The position numbers and the translations under genes are program-made. Shown piece by piece: positions 1 through 4,997 of a stretch of DNA of 26,897 nt; within the stretch, counting starts at the first letter, position 1, and every line of letters begins with the position of its first letter. Under the pieces are notes generated by a model. That model saw nothing but the letters and a program-made list of their open reading frames with translations, ran no database searches and was not told the origin of the DNA. The DNA comes from a virus (lineage: Duplodnaviria > Caudoviricetes): IMG/VR virus record IMGVR_UViG_3300027186_000022, positions 1 to 26,897 of that record. One strand, written 5' to 3'.

Positions 1-529
1 GTGCGACATCGGAATCATTAAATACAAACGTACCATTATTAGAATCCAATGAGAATATCGCAGTATTGTTTGTACTTAAAGACAATCCTAGACTAGTCTT
101 GTTGCCATCACTATCGACTACAACTAAGTCACCGCCACTATCTTGAATTGATAATGAACCCATCTTAATTGAACTACCACTTAGATAAAGGTCACGCCAT
201 CTATGTGTAGGTGTTCCGAGGTCGTATGTTACGTCATCAGCGGGTTCTAGATTACCAACAAAATCTCTATTGGTAAATCCAAAGGTATATGTATTTGCGG
301 AACTATCAAATGTTACAAAGATGTTCTCTTCACTACGTAAGTTGGTTACTTCATAATTACTTGTTGTGGTATTATATGCAAGAATAGAACCATTTTCTTC
401 GGTTGCAGACACATCCACACCACCCAAGTTGGTGATAGCGAATGAACCAGCGGTAACCTTTTTTACTGGTGTTCCTACAACAATTTTTTTGACTACAATC
501 TTGTCACTATACGTAGCTTTGATAGCCAT
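1..529 (-). CDS. Putative tail fibre / virion structural protein, N-terminal part (runs off the left edge)
   Basis: Not in the ORF track because it has no stop in the window. ATG at 529-527 is preceded by purine-rich AGAGGAAAGAG. The frame is open to the edge: MAIKATYSDKIVVKKIVVGTPVKK...GNLEPADDVTYDLGTPTHRWRDLYLSGSSIKMG...VDSDGNK...FNDSDVA. The 'G.L.P..D.TYDLG....RWRDLYLSG' segment is typical of phage fibre proteins. Confidence 0.75.
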   Translation of the reverse strand, partial: MAIKATYSDKIVVKKIVVGTPVKKVTAGSFAITNLGGVDVSATEENGSILAYNTTTSNYEVTNLRSEENIFVTFDSSANTYTFGFTNRDFVGNLEPADDVTYDLGTPTHRWRDLYLSGSSIKMGSLSIQDSGGDLVVVDSDGNKTSLGLSLSTNNTAIFSLDSNNGTFVFNDSDVA

Positions 530-542
530 CTCTTTCCTCTTC

Positions 543-911
543 TTATTTTGTAACCGAGGGAGATACTTCGATTTGACCTTCGAGTATTCTCTGGGTTATT
601 GTATTGGTATCACTATCAGTGTGAGATAACTCTACGTCATAGACGTACCTACCTCTAGGTTTCAAAGCATCTGTTTGTGCATTAGTGAGTGATAAAGTGA
701 GAATCCCATCAGCTGGTGGGGTTGCTACTACTGCATTGAATTGTAGTGTGTCGGGGTCGTTTGCAGAGTCAGTGTATCTGCGTTTCATCATAGCAGAAAC
801 TGACCTATTTGTCAAGTCAAACGCACTTCCACTATCATGAACCAGATGCACTTCAATTGCAACATCTGTTCCCTGATTAATTGTTATATCTTCGTAATTT
901 GTTGATGACAT
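543..911 (-). CDS. Small Ig-like virion adaptor protein (BppU N-terminal-like), conserved in marine T4-like phages
   Basis: 122 aa with pattern 'I.QG.D....V......FDLT...V.A.M.R.Y...G.LTLSLT..QT..LK..GRYVYDVEL....RILEGQI.VSP.VT'. A late promoter lies directly upstream. Confidence 0.7.
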   Translation of the reverse strand: MSSTNYEDITINQGTDVAIEVHLVHDSGSAFDLTNRSVSAMMKRRYTDSANDPDTLQFNAVVATPPADGILTLSLTNAQTDALKPRGRYVYDVELSHTDSDTNTITQRILEGQIEVSPSVTK

Positions 912-947
912 TCTAAATACCCATGTTAAATAAAACCTTTATGTGTT

Positions 948-955
948 TATTTATA
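948..955 (-). promoter_or_regulatory. T4-type late promoter (TATAAATA)
   Basis: The + strand reads TATTTATA, a perfect TATAAATA on the minus strand. It is intergenic, 36 nt upstream of the ATG at 911. The context AACCTTATAAATA is identical to the copy at 16593-16605. Confidence 0.85.
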
Positions 956-975
956 AGGTTTAGAACTCCAAGATT

Positions 976-1650
976 TTAGTAATCGGACATTATTTCTTCT
1001 ATGATTTCGTCTTGCATACCCATAGACATTGCACTCTCGTCAAAGATAAAAGAAACGGTTATTCTCCAACAATTAGTTTTTGCGGCATGATAAACTCTTT
1101 TGTCCCAAGATTCACTATACGAACCAAAGTATCCAGCTTTGCATTGCCAACCCTGTACATCTTGCATGACAACATCTTCGCCTGTCTTACCATCAACATA
1201 TTTGAAGTATCCGTCTCCAGTTTCTGACCAAGAGAAGATTAAGTTATATGCACACGCATTTGCATTGTTATGCCACGAGAGAAACCCGCCAGGCGGATAC
1301 ATTGTGAACAATGCACACGTTCGTGTAGAGAATATGGTACACAATTTTTCATTAAGTATACTAAATCTTTCTACGAGTTTTGCTATTTCAGCATTATTTT
1401 TGGTCTTACCATTAGTGTCTAGATGAGTGTTTTTTAGTGATATTGAGTGAGTAGCTTCTGGATACCCATCGTGGTCGGTATCCATGTTTATAATTTGGTC
1501 ACGATACTCATCACTTGTAAACCAATCCGCATCCTTTTCACTTCCATTAACACGCAAAAGTGACATTAGATGTTCACGGTCATCATAGTATGTTTTCACT
1601 TCTTCGAGAAGTTCAATGACTTCCTTATTTCTTATAGGAATATTTTTCAT
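976..1650 (-). CDS. 2OG-Fe(II) oxygenase-like / double-stranded beta-helix protein
   Basis: 224 aa. 'YPPGGFLSWHNN' ... 'VYHAAKTNCWRITVSF' matches the Y.PGG...WHx[D/E]...H......R...F layout of prolyl-hydroxylase-type 2OG oxygenases, but with HxN in place of HxD. Confidence 0.6.
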   Translation of the reverse strand: MKNIPIRNKEVIELLEEVKTYYDDREHLMSLLRVNGSEKDADWFTSDEYRDQIINMDTDHDGYPEATHSISLKNTHLDTNGKTKNNAEIAKLVERFSILNEKLCTIFSTRTCALFTMYPPGGFLSWHNNANACAYNLIFSWSETGDGYFKYVDGKTGEDVVMQDVQGWQCKAGYFGSYSESWDKRVYHAAKTNCWRITVSFIFDESAMSMGMQDEIIEEIMSDY

Positions 1651-2393
1651 TATACAATCAACTTATCCTTCTGTAAACATCCAGAATAGTGTCTCAATAT
1701 TGGGGGTTTATCTGGTTTTTTCAAACCACTATAATCATACTGTGTAAAGTAGTTCCATCGAATGTCATCATCAAAGATTCCGATCTTCAAGCCTTTGTAC
1801 TTTTCCACCTTCTCGGTCAACCACCAGAGGGTTGTCTGATCAAAGTGTTTGAGGTCTTTGTTCCAAATATCATCATCAAAACCATCGGGTTTCCATTGAC
1901 CCGAATGTTGTCTACGATACAGATCATCCCAGTCCTCCATGAACTCTTTTACTAATGGATTGGAACTACGATAGAGACACACACCCCCACATAACTTGTA
2001 CTTCTCAACGCCACCATCAAACTTAAATTCACGAATTGCATAAAACTTTTCACGTTCTTTATTCAATTCATGAAAGACTAAATCATAGTCCTTCATTTCA
2101 TCCCAGACCTTTGCGATGTCTTCGTGTTCGCATTCCATGTCTGCATCAACATACATGGTGATGTCGTAGGGTGTTTGGGCCATACCAGTTAGTTTCGCAC
2201 GATAATGATTGTCACAAATTTCGACATTATCAGCTTCATCTGCACGATGGTCAATAAACCTTTCTTCAGTGAAAAGTGTTATATTCGCATCAGGATACCA
2301 GTCTCGGATTGATTCTATTAGGTTGCAAGCGTAAATGTAGAAGTTTGAATTTCTGGATGCAACAATCACAAAACCTTTAGTGAGTTCCTTCAT
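1650..2393 (-). CDS. GT-A fold glycosyltransferase (GT8 / nucleotide-diphospho-sugar transferase-like)
   Basis: 247 aa. N-terminal 'GFVIVA...Y...A..L..SIR....A.ITLFT', 'K......TPYD.TMYVDAD' (DxD motif), 'GGV.LY', 'DQ..L' and C-terminal 'RWNY...I.HY' are all characteristic of GT8-like enzymes. Confidence 0.8.
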   Translation of the reverse strand: MKELTKGFVIVASRNSNFYIYACNLIESIRDWYPDANITLFTEERFIDHRADEADNVEICDNHYRAKLTGMAQTPYDITMYVDADMECEHEDIAKVWDEMKDYDLVFHELNKEREKFYAIREFKFDGGVEKYKLCGGVCLYRSSNPLVKEFMEDWDDLYRRQHSGQWKPDGFDDDIWNKDLKHFDQTTLWWLTEKVEKYKGLKIGIFDDDIRWNYFTQYDYSGLKKPDKPPILRHYSGCLQKDKLIV

Positions 2394-2826
2394 TTTTCAT
2401 AGAGTCCTGTATAATTAAAATAGCGTAAAGGTTCACTTCAGGGACAGACTTAGAACGTCTCAGTTTAGATTTCAATGCACGATTCTTAGATGCTTTGATT
2501 TCTTCGATCTCAAAGGTTTCTAGTTTATATGCAAATAGTTTCTCTAGTTTCTTCGCACGTTCCTTTTCAAGTTTTTGTTGTTTATCAACTTCTGCTTCTT
2601 CTTGTTTCTGTTCGAGTCGTTTCTTACTTGAATTGTTAATCTGTTCTTCGCCAAGAAACGCAACGACTTCTTTGAAATCTTCGTTCTCTGTGCCGTCAGC
2701 GTTTAACTTGTCGAGTTTCCAAACCTTACGAGTTGTTTTATTTCCTTCGACAATCTCACTAATTGCATTTAGAGTTTTCTTTCGAGGGGTTTCCCAAAAT
2801 GCATTATCTAACCATGTTCTAGACAT
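2377..2826 (-). CDS. Hypothetical protein with a charged C-terminal helix (possible fibre assembly chaperone)
   Basis: 149-aa ORF with RBS AGGAGA upstream; it overlaps the start of the glycosyltransferase gene. K/E-rich coiled-coil-like stretch. The function is a guess from position only. Confidence 0.6.
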   Translation of the reverse strand: MSRTWLDNAFWETPRKKTLNAISEIVEGNKTTRKVWKLDKLNADGTENEDFKEVVAFLGEEQINNSSKKRLEQKQEEAEVDKQQKLEKERAKKLEKLFAYKLETFEIEEIKASKNRALKSKLRRSKSVPEVNLYAILIIQDSMKNEGTH

Positions 2827-2865
2827 TGTTGTCTCCTAATTCATTCAAAATTATATATAAGTATT

Positions 2866-4986
2866 TTACGAAACCCTTTGGTATAGGGTATATGTTGCAC
2901 TGACAAAGGTTCCACTACCAACAGTTGTTCCTTGAAAATCGCCAGTATAGTTACCAAGAAAGTTTCTACTATAGTTTGCACTGAAAGTACTAGTACGTGA
3001 TCTCGTTGAGGTCGCTGTACTATCACGAGTAAAATCACCTGTGGAATTTCTGGTAAAATCCTGCGAGAATGTGGAAACTCGATTCCTTGTATAGTTAGCA
3101 GAGAAGACAGAACTTCTCGTTCTTTGGTATTCAGCTGAATATGCAGAACTCCTCGTTCTTTGGTATTCAGCCGAAAATGCAGAACTTCTCGTTCTCAAGA
3201 AGTCCCTAGAATAATTACCAGTGTAGTCACCTACATAATTGCTTGATCGTGTTCTCTGATAGTTTGCACTAAATGCTCTTGAATAATTACCAACAAAGTC
3301 GCCAGTAAAGTCATTAAGAGAATCTCTGGTAGAGTTAAGAGTAGAATTTCTTGTAAAATCGTTTGAGTAATTACCAGTATAGTTACCAACAAAATTGCCT
3401 GTACTCGTTCTCGTACTCGCTCTCGTACTCGTTCTCGTACTCGTTCTCGTATATGTTGATCCATCATTCCTAGTACTAGTACGTGTTGATGTTCTGGTAT
3501 AGTTACCAGTAAAGTTACCATAATAATTTGTAGTGCCTACATATGATGAAGATTGTCTACTAGTACGTGTTGATGTTCTGGTATAGTTACCAACAAAGTT
3601 ACCAGTAAAGTTACCTAAGTAGGTTCTACCGTAGTTACCAAAGAAGTTACCAGCAAAGTCACCAGCATAGTTACCAGTAAAGTCTGTTACACGAGTTCTG
3701 GTATACGCTTGGGAAAACACATTTGTAAAGTTACCAGTAAAATCACCTGTGAAATCACCAGCAAAGTTACCAGTAAAGTCTTGTGTATAATTAGCTTCAA
3801 AGTCTCTGCTATAATTACCAGTGAAATCACCAACAAAGTTACTTGTACGTGTTCTCTGATAGTTTGCACTAAATGCTCTTGCATAGTTACCAGTAAAGTC
3901 TCTGCTATAATTACCTGTATAATTGCCTACAAAGTTTCTCGAATAATTACCAGTATAGTTACCAACAAAGTTTCTACTATAATTACCAGTGTAATCACCA
4001 AGAAACCCAGAATTTGAAAAATTGCCCTCGAAGTTGCCGGTGAAACCTGACTGGAAATTACCAGTAAAGTTACCTAAGTAATTTCCTGCAAAGGTTCTGG
4101 AATAATTTCCTTCAAAACTACTTGATCGGGTTCGGGTAAAATCTGTGGTGTAATTTACGTCCCCTGTTGAGTGACGTGTATCTGTCGCAGTACCACGAGA
4201 GACCCAAGTACCTGACGAAGATGGCGCACCTTGTGAATTACTTCTTAACTGATAACTACCAATATCAACAGGAAATGAAAAACCATCTTTTTGCATCCTA
4301 GTTTGACATCTTGTACCAAAGGTATAACCAATTTCGGCATCAGTCATTTCCTGAAGACCTTGGAAAGTGCCTGTCAGACCACTAGACCTTTTGATTGCAA
4401 CTGGTCGCACAGCCGTGGGTGCGGTCATCGTATCTCTTATATACAGATTATAAGTTGTTCCGGCAGTACCATCAACCAGAGTATCTTCAAAGACTCCAGC
4501 TTTGTATACCGAATAATCTGAACTGGGTGCAGATGAACCGATCTTGATTGTGCCAGGATATTCGGATGTTGTAATACGAGAAAGTAATCGGTCGGTGAGA
4601 GTGTCAACTTCCGAAGAATCTAACTCATGTATTTCGGACGTTCCGCTGTTATCAGTAAATTCAATTGGGTATCGGAATGCAGATGAATCATTGGCAAAAT
4701 CAACTGTATCAGCAGTACCTTTCTGAAATAGTGTCGTTTGCACTGTGGTTACAGGAACACCACCACCATCGAATGCATGACTGCCTGGCCCAGAACTATA
4801 ATACCCATCGGTAAGCACACCAACAGTTTTAACATTGTTATTAACAGTACACAACATACCTAGGGCGTTAGAATCTAATGTAGAGATATGCAACCCAGCT
4901 TGGTACGCAAGGTAGTTCTCTTCGGTAGTCGTTATTTCCTTGAGGTCACCATTAGTGCCTTCAAGTTTTAGTGTAGTATCTCCCAT
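2866..4986 (-). CDS. Tetrapeptide-repeat fibre-like virion protein A (706 aa)
   Basis: RBS AGAGG upstream. About 275-aa N-terminal region paralogous to 4998..7616 (shared EENYLAYQ.GL, YPGT, TMTAPTAVRP.AIKRS.G, QGLQ.MTD, GTATDTR). It is followed by about 410 aa of xG(N/D)(F/Y) and xRT(S/R) units and a C-terminal TYTLY.R. Confidence 0.85.
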   Translation of the reverse strand: MGDTTLKLEGTNGDLKEITTTEENYLAYQAGLHISTLDSNALGMLCTVNNNVKTVGVLTDGYYSSGPGSHAFDGGGVPVTTVQTTLFQKGTADTVDFANDSSAFRYPIEFTDNSGTSEIHELDSSEVDTLTDRLLSRITTSEYPGTIKIGSSAPSSDYSVYKAGVFEDTLVDGTAGTTYNLYIRDTMTAPTAVRPVAIKRSSGLTGTFQGLQEMTDAEIGYTFGTRCQTRMQKDGFSFPVDIGSYQLRSNSQGAPSSSGTWVSRGTATDTRHSTGDVNYTTDFTRTRSSSFEGNYSRTFAGNYLGNFTGNFQSGFTGNFEGNFSNSGFLGDYTGNYSRNFVGNYTGNYSRNFVGNYTGNYSRDFTGNYARAFSANYQRTRTSNFVGDFTGNYSRDFEANYTQDFTGNFAGDFTGDFTGNFTNVFSQAYTRTRVTDFTGNYAGDFAGNFFGNYGRTYLGNFTGNFVGNYTRTSTRTSRQSSSYVGTTNYYGNFTGNYTRTSTRTSTRNDGSTYTRTSTRTSTRASTRTSTGNFVGNYTGNYSNDFTRNSTLNSTRDSLNDFTGDFVGNYSRAFSANYQRTRSSNYVGDYTGNYSRDFLRTRSSAFSAEYQRTRSSAYSAEYQRTRSSVFSANYTRNRVSTFSQDFTRNSTGDFTRDSTATSTRSRTSTFSANYSRNFLGNYTGDFQGTTVGSGTFVSATYTLYQRVS
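3108..3195. repeat. 36-bp tandem coding repeat (about 2.4 copies; QRTRSSA(Y/F)SAEY)
   Basis: cagaacttctcgttctttggtattcagctgaatatg / cagaactcctcgttctttggtattcagccgaaaatg / cagaacttctcgttct. Confidence 0.9.
3401..3450. repeat. 12-bp tandem coding repeat (4 copies; TRTS/TRAS)
   Basis: gtactcgttctc gtactcgctctc gtactcgttctc gtactcgttctc gt. Confidence 0.9.
3474..3592. repeat. Exact 35-bp direct repeat pair, 84 bp apart (GNYTRTSTRTS)
   Basis: tactagtacgtgttgatgttctggtatagttacca at 3474-3508 and 3558-3592. Confidence 0.9.
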
Positions 4987-4997
4987 AATACCTCTAT

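Larger units (their letters stand above)
3248..3881. repeat. Exact 34-bp direct repeat pair, 600 bp apart (RAFSANYQRTR)
   Basis: cgtgttctctgatagtttgcactaaatgctcttg at 3248-3281 and 3848-3881. Confidence 0.9.

Noticed and set aside
366-629. 87-aa plus-strand ORF with a hydrophobic stretch
   Set aside because: It overlaps two better-supported minus-strand genes (1-529 and 543-911) in antisense.
933-961. Inverted repeat AAACCTT / AAGGTTT around the late promoter as a terminator
   Set aside because: Only 7 mostly AT pairs with a 15-nt loop and no clear U-tract; too weak to call.
3231-3521. Alternate-frame ORF with RERV repeats (also 3687-3884, 5135-5431, 6293-6580)
   Set aside because: These are shifted readings of the 12-bp repeats within the fibre genes. 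No RBS or slippery site was identified.
3108-3990. 34-36-bp repeats of CRISPR-repeat length
   Set aside because: There is no constant repeat with unique spacers. The copies are in-frame coding repeats inside a long ORF, and no cas genes are present.
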